Part shown: positions 24,601 through 36,600 of the stretch, in pieces
How positions within the stretch are numbered: the stretch's first letter is position 1
How the letters are laid out: each line of letters begins with the position of its first letter
The notes under the pieces: generated by a model
What the model saw: the letters and a program-made list of their open reading frames with translations, nothing else
Databases searched by the model: none
Told to the model about the DNA's origin: nothing
From: Antedon mediterranea
Taxonomy: Eukaryota > Animalia > Echinodermata
Length of the DNA stretch: 64,000 bases
Direction of reading: 5' to 3'
Assembly (NCBI RefSeq): GCF_964355755.1
Contig: NC_092674.1
Span: 23,622,001 to 23,686,000, forward strand
Program-made: the position numbers and the translations under genes

Positions 24601-27600
24601 ATACACAACCTAAGGAGTACTAGGATGTAATATACATATAGCACAAGGCTCATATTTACAGAAACTTAGGGGTTCCGAATCCTTACCAATGATTTTGATA
24701 TGCCTTGTTCATCTTCATATATGCTTTTTGAACATGATATACTGTCGTCTTTGGGATGGAGAAGTGGATGGAGTTCATTGTTTTTGGTTGACTTCTTTAT
24801 TTCATTTGTCTAAATAAAAAGATAAGTATAATAAATAGTTGGTTGTAGATAATTCTATCTACTGTTGTTTTATATTTTTATATATTTATAAAGCATCCTG
24901 TTATACACTTCTTGCTGTTGGACGTATTTCCAATTTTTGAAAAATAATGTTATAAGCTTACAAATGTTTCAAATATTTTCATCTATTAGGTGGTATTATA
25001 GTACATGCCGATGCATATGGTGCACAAGACTTAATGGACACGCTTATTCACGAGGTTGGACACAGCCTAGGTTTATGGCATGTCTTCCATGGTGTCACAG
25101 AGATGGCTTGCGATGATGAATGTTTTGAAACTGAACCCAGCCTAGAAATTGGTGATCTAATAGCCGATACCAACCCAACACCTTCGAATAGATATTGTCG
25201 GGATCCGTTACCGAAAGAGTCTGATGGGCATTGTGGTTTAGGCCACTTTTATGACACACCGTTTACGAATTACATGAGCTACGCAAATGATTCATGCACC
25301 AGCACCTTCGAGTTAGGTGATTCGCTTACATTGGCATGGCAGCCTCCACTTAGCGGGCACAACGTTGCATTAAACTCGGAGCTGTGCCAGGAGTACGTGA
25401 CAGGAGATGTTCTTATACAGTATGGTAACAAAGCTTCCTCACCACATTCTAAAATTGCATATGGTGATTATTCACCGCAACAAGCAACGGGTTAGTGTTC
25501 TTAAGCATTATTATATATAGAAATCCTGTTCATTTCGTTATTAAGTTTCTTTACTGTTGTATATAGGTCCTCCAAACACTGCCAGATGTGCTATAGATGC
25601 CGTAGCTAGGCGGATAGATCAAAACGAATGCGAATTCTGCAAACTAAAGGTTAATTTTAAATATCCAGTAATCCCATCAAGACTGACCGTCTGGGTGACG
25701 ACAGTACGCACTGATCGAGCAATCCACGATATTGAATTAGTGACTGTCAACCGAACTCGAATCAGTCTAGGTGCCGCCGATGTTTATTGTGACATCCCCT
25801 ACAGCACTAGAATCAACAACGTTATGGAACCAGTGAAATCTGTGATAATCTACACAAATGGCCTCTATGTTGCAATTGATTCTGTCCAGTTGATACCAAA
25901 ACCTGAGCACGGTGGCTGTAAGACTTGTAAGCCGATCAAGTACATTCTAACAAGAAATCCACCATTTGAGGGAGAAGTCGAGAAACTGGTAGATTCTACA
26001 ACATTTGTGGACGAATCCGTCAACAAATTTACAAAATTAAAAAAAAAATAAGCTCAGAAAACGTAGTATCTGACTTATCATTACCACTTGTCATCGGAAC
26101 CGGATTTAGCTTTTGTGGAAATGGTATTATTGAGAGTGATGAGTCGTGACGATGGAAACATGTTCAACCACGACGGCTGTAACGTCAACTGTAAAGAGGA
26201 AACATATTTCAGTTGCGAGGGTGAGCCTAGCCTCTGTTACCGTTATGATGGTGACGGTCACTGCGAGGCTTTTGAGAAGGAGACGAACGTTGCAGATTGT
26301 GGTTTTTATACTCCACCAAGATTCTATGATCAGTGGGCTTCGTAAGCCCGAGGCAACCCACGATATCAAGGAACAGAGAGTAACATCTATGGAGAACCCC
26401 GAGGGATCAGGTTTGTAGCAACGAGTTAAAAGAGGAATTTGCATGGTATCCATGCAGGGCCGGTTTTCATGACCAAAATATATGGTTGAAGGTTGGGATT
26501 CCTATAGAAGTAGTTGCGACTAGAGTTCTGATTTATATCGCTGGCGATGGTGTGACATCACGGACAACACCTCCTACACGAGCATCTGTTACGTTAGTGG
26601 ACACCAGAGGAGTTAATCATGTTTTGAACAAAGATGTACCACTCCTGTGTACTTCCACAGCCACGTTTAATGTAATACATGACCTCAGCAAAGATTTTAC
26701 TACTCACGAGAAGTCTTCATCGAGTTCGATTACAAATATGTCAGAATTTCAGGTGTTCGCCTAAGATCTTTGAAAGATTTTGACCTATACAATTTACAAT
26801 CGTGCGGTGATGATGATCTGTACAATCCAGTTACCAAACAGTGTAACCGGTACTCGTGTGATATGCCCACATGTATAGTTCCAGAGGTGCAACACGCAAC
26901 TCTTAACCGACAAGTAGGTGATATTGTGAAAGAAGGAGACATTTATACTATACAATGCAACAAAGGTTACAGACCAGTGTACAAATTTGAGATAATGTGT
27001 GTAAACGGCCAAAGACCACAAAGTGATATGTACACCTGTTGATTGTGGGTTTCCTAACGTCCCTTACGCAGTGACGTCATGTCCAGAAGGAACGCTCTAT
27101 GGAAGTACTTGTAATTTTGAATGCAATGCGGCAGCAAAAATGCAAGGAACAGACAACCGGGTAACCTGTTTAGAGGATGGTGGATATTCTTTACCAAATG
27201 CAATTTGTAAACAAGAATGTGCATCACCAACAGAACCAGAAAACTCGTTTCAAGTTCCTAAATCAGAAAACTACGTTTGCCATTGGAAGCTACGTTATTT
27301 TTAAATGTAAAGCTGGATACCACATTAAAGATAATCCAAAGAGCCGACGAATTCGTCTAAAATGTGGAGATAATTTCGAATGGTTAGGTCCGTCGTGTGT
27401 CCGTAGAGAATGCACTCCTCCTCCTTCCTTCTATAACGGATTGTATAGTTGCAGTAATGGCAACTATCTTCATAGTGAATGTAGAATTCATTGTCCAGGT
27501 ACCATCAATAGCGTGGCTACTGTAAAGTGTTTGAAAAAAGGCTGGGATAAGACTTGGGATGAAGCGTTTGAAGGTTCTCGTCAAAATATGGACTCTCACA

Positions 27601-30600
27601 ACTGTCCAGAACCTGAAAATAGCAACCAAGTGAAGTTTACCTGTAATTTAAATACTTACACCATTGGTACAAACTGCACCGCAGCCTGTGCAGATGGTCA
27701 TGAAGCTGCGATATTCGACAATGGTGAGCCTATAACTTACACGTGGAAATCGCGCTCAAAACACATCATCTGTACAGATCAGCGCCAATGGTACCCAGAT
27801 CCCTCGGCTGTCTCCTGTGTCAAAGTCTCTCAAGAGAACTTTGTCAGTGACGGATTTTTCGATAGAATTAACAACCGAACTTATTGTAACTGGGACGGTG
27901 GAGATTGCTGCGTGTCAACTGTTACTGATAATGAGGTTATACCTTTCCCGCCAAATTGTAAAGCAGACTGTACGTCTCGTGACCCCAATGCTGTTGAGAA
28001 CTAATAGAAATTAACCATTCCTGAAAATTGTAATTTTCCGTTGGAAACACAATACAATCATTTTTTACTATATATAGGCCATCATATTTAATAATTGAAA
28101 CGAAAAAGTTATTATATTCAAAAGTATCAATTTTACGGTGAAAAATTTAAAAACAATTTTGACCCAAATAATACATGCACGTTGCCGATGTTCCCGTTGC
28201 AGGCATAAATAGTTCAGTTGGTATGTTTGTTTGTATGTATTTTTGTTACTGTTATGTATGTTAAGGGGGGATGTGGATAGAGGTACTTGTCACCTGCTGA
28301 TTATGTATATGTTAAGGGGGGATGTGGATAGAGGTACTTGTCACCTGTTATGTATGTTAAGGGGGGATGTGGATAGAGGTGCTTGTCACCTGTTATGTAA
28401 TGTTAAGGGGTGATGTGGATAGAGGTGCTTGTTACCTGTTATGTATATGTTAAGGGGGGATGTGGATAGAGGTGCTTGTTACCTGTTATGTATATGTTAA
28501 GGGGGGATGTGGATAGAGGTGCTTGTCACCTGTTATGTATGTTAAGGGGGGATGTGGATAGAGGTGCTTGTCACCTGTTATGTATATGTTAAGGGGGGGT
28601 GTGGATAGAGGTGCTTGTCACCTGTTATGTTATGTTAAGGGGGGATGTGGATAGAGGTGCTTGTCACCTGTTATGTATATGTTAAGGGGGGATGTGGATA
28701 GAGGTGCTTGTCACCTGTTATGTATATGTTAAGGGGGGATGTGGATAGAGGTGCTTGTCACCTGTTATGTATATGTTAAGGGGGGATGTGGATAGAGGTG
28801 CTTGTCACCTGTTCATCCCTTTCTTTTCGCTGTTTTTGTATGCAGTGATAAAGTTTAATAAATAAATAAAAAAAATAAATAATAAGTAACATTTCGGTAG
28901 ATACACCAACAGTAAATATTAATCTTACAGCCTAAAATGATTGAAGACCTCAAGTTAAGCCTTGTCTACACTATCAAACTTCATGTGATGTGCCCATATA
29001 TAGACATTATGATGTCATATCACTACCATATTTAAGCATATCACTACCATATTTGGGCACATCACACTTTTTTGTCAAACTAGTTTGATAATGTAGACAG
29101 AGCATTAACTAGCTTACCAGACTGAACAGCTTAGCTTTGTACATGTTAACATGGCGTGAAATCTTGAACATAGAATGTTCCCCATCTATAGCACAACATT
29201 GTGGTTCCCACTCACTACAATACAATAAGTATTTCTAACAGATTAGATATACTCGGATTCTTTATACGATATGACTTATTTATTGTCACAATGACACAAT
29301 TATAAAGATGGTTCTTTACTTTATGCACTTAAATTAAGTAACATCAGTGCCTTATATGTAAAATATTAGAATTAACATTCAATTTTCTCATATTACTTGG
29401 AAAGTACATTCACTCCAGCCTTTCACAATTTGTTGCATTTGTTGATGACGACAACTTTTGTGACAATGATGATTTTAATAGCATAAGAATCGTATGAACA
29501 ATACCTACCTTGCAGCTAACTGGTCAGGCATGCTTTCATAAAATGTCTCATAATTTTGTTTCAGGGCTTTTTCTAGAAGACCAAGGCAATGCTCTCTTGT
29601 CTGTGATAAATATAAGAATATTTTAAAAAGGTTTAACAAAATCTGGAGACGTTTTAAAAAACAAACATTGGGTAAACAACAGAAAATAGAAATATATAAA
29701 AATCGATGGCTATTTATTTATTGCAAAGAGCATCCTACATTTGGTTGGTTTTTCCATTTTAAGTTTTTAGCTGAGCAATCGGAAAAATGAGACAGAATAA
29801 TTCATGCCATGTGACACAATATCACAAGATACAAGATAACTTTATTGTCAAAATTGTTAACAATTTCGAGATATGTTTTGTACCTGAGTAGAATAAATAA
29901 TACGATGTGATAACTATATAAATAAATACAAATGATACAAGTGACTATCTTGAAAAGTTTTTGTTAAATAAATTGCATGCTATGTACATTGGTGAAAATC
30001 TGAAACGGTTTGTGGATATTTTTTCCTGTGTCAGTCTAACCCTTCCTGATCTACTTATAATGATGTCTGAATGTAATGGGTGTGATGGGTCTTGCATAAT
30101 TGTGTCAAATTTCTTAAGTATGAATATATTAAACATTTCATCTAAAGATTTCACTTCTACACCGATAACTCTGCTGGCCTTGTTTACTAATCTCTGAATT
30201 TGACTTTTACTGTTTACATTGATATGAGAAAACCAAACAATAATACAATAAGAAATGATAGAGGAATAAAACATATGAATGACCAATCAAATGGCCAGGA
30301 TACATTTAGATGATTTATGTTTATACAGTACTAACACATTAAAAATGTTCTTACCACTATTTTTAGACCAGCAATCTTTGAATTCTTTGCATCTCGTAAT
30401 GGACAACCGTCTGTGTTTAAATTGTATGAAGAATATAAGATATAATTCTTTGTAATAACAAAAATAAATATATATTTATGGTAGTCTGATGTTTAATTTT
30501 TCAATCAACATAAAATTCTTCCTTCAGAAGTAGGAAAGTTGATGTTAAGTAAGTGAGTGTTGGTGATCTGTTCAACCATCACCATAAGTGATAAACCATC

Positions 30601-33600
30601 ACATTTCGTGACCAACCAATCACATTTAGTAATCAATCAATTGCCTTTAGTAATCAACCAATCACCTTATTGTATATTAATTTAAAATGTTTAAATAACA
30701 AATACCTGGGATACTTTCTTCTTCTTCTTTCACAGCATTATTCTAAGAAAAAACAAACAAATGATCTTTTCAAAAAAGCTTTTTTATTTAGACTTTTTTT
30801 TATTAATTCACTGTGTGTATGTGTGGATATTGGGAGGCGTTTTCTTGCTCATCACCACGACAGTTTTGGCGATGACCGACAACTTATCAGTTGACCTGAC
30901 ACAGTCAGGGCATCAGCCCTCAGAAGTTTTAAAATTAACCATAGGATATTGACATTTTTAAAAAACTATCTGGGGCTAAAAAACAGTGTTTCATTCATTC
31001 ATGGCCAGTATTAAAATATTTAAATTAAGCACGGGTAAACACATTTTTGTTATTAAATGAAAAGCATCCATCTACGGTAATATTTTATAGAGATGATATG
31101 CAAATTTTAAATCAATAAACCTTTCGTCTTCGTTTAAATTCAGTCATCATAAACTTTGGAATTTCTTTCTTGGTCTTGACTTGTGCGTCCTGAATCTCAT
31201 TGTCGCTGTCTGAGAAGTCGTCTGCATCAAATTTGGAGTTGGCGCCATCATATTCGGAATAAAAACTAAATTAATATCAAATAAAGAATCATTACAATTA
31301 TTTTTTTGTGTAAACTCATCATGAAAACTGAATTAAACAACAATACACACATATCTTTGTATATACCACATATATAGATTCCAGGCCTCTGATTGGACAA
31401 AAGCAGATGATAATTCCTATCATCAATTCAAAAGTATCACTAACAGAATGTGTAATTTTCAAGGTCTACTAATGTTGCTGCTCTGTGGCTATGAACAAGA
31501 TAACTGCAACCCTTGCAGTCTGAAAGGTATATAAAACAATATATATATATATTTTGTCAATATTTTGTACATCTGACTTCCTTACCTATCAAATCCATTA
31601 CGACCGCCACCATACAAATCTGCGAAATGCGCACCCTTAGGTGTTTTTCCAATCACCTCTCGTACCTCTTTCTTAGGTTCTGCCTTTGAAAAGGCACTAG
31701 TACGCATCCATTGTACGCGCTGAGTTGTCTTTTTACAGTTCTTACAAAAGTCACATGATTTGTTGCATTCTGGGATAGGATCTTCAAAATACCGGGCAAT
31801 TTCAGCATGTCTGCATCTACATTATGGTAAAGACAATTGTTAATGCACTGTGTAGTGAATTTATTTTAGTTGGTTCCGAGCTTTCTCAGGCGTATATATA
31901 TAACTCCACGCGACGTACACTGTCACTGAATGATAACTCATACAAAAAGTATATTTAACTCAACTAGAACTTTTATTCCTTGTAACTCGATTAATACATC
32001 TTTCTACCCTTACCAGTCAAGCCTTATTTTCTTTATCACCTTTCCGTTTATCTACTCTGATCTTATTCTCTCTTTTCTTTCCGTACATCTACTTTGATCT
32101 TATTCTCTCTTCTCCTCTAATATCTATTACATTCTACTTTTATACTGGATATGCAAATTTTAGGCTTCAGAGGAGGATAACATTTTCCCTCCAAAAATTA
32201 TACGATTTTGATTGGCTAATAATAAGGCGGACCTGGTCTAAAGCATCCTTCTCTAAACACAGAGAATCACAACATAAATAATATGACACACTGTAAATGA
32301 ATCATCTACATCATAGCAAACTACACATTGAAAATTATATTTGATCACTGTAAAACAAGTTCATTGAAGTCATTTAAATATTGTGCTTAAAAAGATTAAA
32401 AGATTGAGAGATGGCGATATTCAGATATAATAATGGGGTATGGGTTTAAAGATGTTTTTCTATTTTAAGGCAAAGAATATATATCACAAGAATGAGTAAT
32501 CCGCGATTTTCCCTGTAACAGTAATATTGTCCATGTGGTAGGGCGCCGCCATAAGTGTGGATGTATCTGGGATGTATACAACTTTTTGTGACGGTTTCAA
32601 TAATCAAAGGCTAGACCACCGGTAGTATTTTCATGATAAAAAATGTTATCAACTACATGCCAACATCATGTTAAATACTATTTGGATATTTAATTGTTCG
32701 TTTTATGCAATTTATTTAGTAAAAACTGCCGTTTAAACAGTTTGCTTTATCAACCGGGCGCTACGATAGCGTGACCGGGCGTGTTGTTGTTTACGCGTTT
32801 TCACGAAGGATAGTTTAATAATATTCCTATATTTAACTTGTTTCTGGTAAAACAAATAAATGTTAATGACATTTAACATTTTGTCCTATTAATAACATGT
32901 ATTTTATACTAATTTATATCATAAAAACAATACTTAATTTACCGGGCGTAGAGTAGTACACGGCAATGGTAAAGAATAGGCCGTGCTGAGTAACGATTCG
33001 TTGATTTTTGGTGTTGCTGTGTTAGGCCTTTTTTGTGAACTAACTTAGCATGTTAGTAAATAATTGTCTGTAAAAGTGAATGTACACTAGTTTGTTAATA
33101 AATATGAATTATAAAATAGTTTACAATTGCAAAAACTATTATCATAATTCTATTTAATGTGACATGTAATATCTATATAAATCAAGTCTTATTTTAGTAT
33201 GTATACATCCGCCCTTATGAGGGCGGGCATCACTCACTGGAGCTCTCTGTTACAAATTTCTCATGCAAAAATCGCGGAATACTCATTCTTGTGATATATA
33301 TTCTTTGTTTAAGGTCACAGCACAGCATTTTTGTATCGTATGGCTTATTGCTATTCAATGACTTAGTTAAGCTACTTACGATAGTCCTTCGCAATAGTTC
33401 ACAAATGTTTGGAAGCTTTCCATGGCAGCTTTGTTGACAGCAGATGCTGCATCTCCCTATAAAATTGAAAAGTTTTAAATGAGGTGGTTCCAATACCAGT
33501 ACTTTCTACCGCATACTGTACACAATGTTTGACTGTTCAATGAAGATATCAATGGTACAGAGTAGAGATGAATCAACAATGGTACTACAGGGTCTCTGGT

Positions 33601-36600
33601 ACTAATAAATGCCATCATTGGTACAGGGTGTTTGATAACAATGAGTATATCAATGAAGATATCAATGGTACAGAGTAGAGATAAATCAACAATGGTACTA
33701 CAGGGTCTCTGGTACTAATAAATGCCATCATTGGTACAGGGTGTTTGATAACAATGAGTATATCAATGAAGATACCAATGGTACAGAGTAGAGATAAATC
33801 AACAATGGTACTACAGGGTCTCTGGTATTAATAAATGCCATCATTGGTACAGGGTTTTTGATAACAATGAGTATATCAATGAAGATACCAATGGTACAGA
33901 GTAGAGATAAATCAACAATGGTACTACAGGGTCTCTGGTACTAATAAATTCCATCATTGGTACAGGTTGTTTGATAACAATGAGTATATCAATGAAGTTA
34001 CCAATGGTACAGAGTAGAGATAAATCAACAATGGTACTACAGGGTCTCTGGTACTAATAAATGCCATCATTGGTACAGGGTGTTTGATAACAATGAGTAT
34101 ATCAATGAAGATACCAATGGTACAGGGTCTCTGGTAGCAATGAATACCATCATTGGTACAGAGTGTTCGATAGCAATGAGTATACCAATGAAGATACCAA
34201 TGGTACAGGGTCACTGGTAGCAATGAATACCATCATTGGTACAGGGTGTTTGATAGCAATGAGTATATCAATGAAGATACCAATGGTACAGGGTCTCTGG
34301 TAGCAATGAATACCATCATTGGTACAGGGTGTTTGATAGCAATGAGTATATCAATGAAGATACCAATGGTACAGGGTCTCTGGTAGCAATGAATACCATC
34401 ATTGGTACAGGGTGTTCGATAGCAATGAGTATACCAATGAAGATACCAATGGTACAGGGTCTCTGGTAGCAATGAACACCATCATTGGTACAGGGTGTTC
34501 GATAGCAATGAGTATATCAATGAAGATACCAATGGTACAGGGTCACTGGTAGCAATGAATACCATCATTGGTACAGGGTGTTCGATAGCAATGAGTATAC
34601 CAATGAAGATACCAATGGTACAGGGTCTCTGGTAGCAATGAATACCATCATTGGTACAGGGTGTTCGATAGCAATGAGTATACTAATGAAGATACCAATG
34701 GTACAGGGTCTCTGGTAGCAATGAATACCATCATTGGTACAGGGTGTTCGATAGCAATGAGTATACCAATGAAGATACCAATGGTACAGGGTCACTGGAA
34801 TGAATACCATCATTGGTACAGGGTGCTCGATAGCAATGAGTATATTAATGGTACAGGTTCTCTGAGAGCAATGAAGATACCTGATACACGGTCTCTGTTA
34901 GCAATAAAGATATCAACAGTACTACAGGATCCCTGGTCGAGAAGAAAATATCAATGGTACAGGGTCTGTGGTAGCACTAGAGATAACAGTGGTACAAAGT
35001 ACCTGGTATCAATGCAAATACCAATGGTACATGGTCTCTAATAGCAATAAAGATACCAATAGTACTACAGGGTCTATATTTTGGGGCAACCTTTGTGGCA
35101 GTTGAGCAAAGGTAAGTTTCTATATCTTAATTTTATAATAAAAATGTATTTACCTTTTTTTTCTTTTTCTTTGCCATCTCTTTTTTCATAAAGAATGCCA
35201 GCTTATTACGATCATCACGGTTGTAGTACAGCCTACAGAATGCTGGTTGACCATCTCGACCAGCTCTGCCAGATTCCTGATAGTAACCTGCCATTGACTT
35301 GGGCATGGTAAAATGGGCAACAAACCTAATACAAGATAATATATTTGGTGAACAGAAATGCATTCACATGGCTCTACATACATACAATAAATCCATGCTC
35401 AAATGTGTAATACTGTATTGTGACATTGTTTTGTCAGAATGAAAGGCTCCATCATCTTTATTAACTATAAATGCCCATTTACACTAGGACGTTAATGATT
35501 GATGAAAATATATATATATGCTTCTTTTTTTTAAATAAAACAAAAAAAATCTAAAAAGTATTCATCCAATAACTATAGGATAACCATCTATGCTACCTTT
35601 GATGAAAATAATATTTTCACACATCCAATCAAATGAAGTCATGATTAGTAAGAGAAATAAAATTGTGACGCTACAAAAATTTTATCATTAATAATAATAA
35701 TAATAAAAAATTAAATTTATAAAGCCATAATGACAGAAACAAACTCTAAGCGTTGTACATAAAAATAACAAACATCTGGTCAGCTTAATGTAAAAAATCA
35801 ATATCAACAATTTTGAAATTACACAATAAAAAAAGACATAATCATTGATCATGACATCATTTAATTGTATTATTCTTTAGTTCTAGAAAAAAACTTGTAA
35901 ATTTTCTTTGGTTTTATGAGAGAAAAGTTTATGTTTATCTAATCATTGTTGATCATTTTTGTCCTAGCAGCTTTTTGTAGCAGCCTTAAGCCTGTGATTA
36001 ACTTGTGTATATAAATGTTTACAAGCTGAGTTTAGTACCTGACATTAGCTTTGTCAACTCCCATTCCAAAGCTAATAGTTGCAACAATGACAGGAACAAT
36101 TCCTTGCATCCAGTCATTTTGTACTTGTTCTCTTTCTGCAGCCTTCAACCCTGCATGGTATGACTTGGATTTAAGCCCTCGATAGCTTAGTTTGGCAGCT
36201 ACTTCATCACAAGAATTACGACTTAATGCATAAACAATGCCACATCCTGTGTCACCCTAAAAAAATAAAAACATTGTTGTTTCATTTTGCTTTCTTTAAT
36301 TTTTATGGGCTTGATAAAATATCATCAGTCAGGACTACACATACATCTTTATTATCAACTTCCGAACTGGTTGTTATTTTTCTAATTGGACCATAACCCT
36401 TCTTGAAAATCTGTAGGATTATGTTTTTTTTTTAAAGTTTAAAGATTGAAAATAAAAATAACTGTATACGGTAGAGTACCTCTTCTGACTTCGCTAAAGC
36501 TCTCTCCGCAAATATCTTTAAATCTTCAACAGGGTCTTCCAACTGATCTTTAAATCGTACTTCATAAAATAAATTTGATCTAAAACAACTAGTCTTGAAC

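Noticed and set aside
25034-28004. Separate small genes (metalloprotease, sushi-domain protein) from the ORF track
   Set aside because: They are colinear fragments of one pappalysin reading frame broken by frameshifts.
28250-28813. CRISPR-like array, and ORF 28231-28413
   Set aside because: Units are contiguous near-identical repeats without unique spacers, there are no cas genes and the context is eukaryotic. The ORF is just translated repeat.
33954-35041. Repetitive His/Cys/Trp-rich ORFs ([13 protein letters not shown]...)
   Set aside because: These are translations of the 83 bp minisatellite. The unit is not a multiple of 3 and lies in a RECQL5 intron whose flanking exons join in phase.
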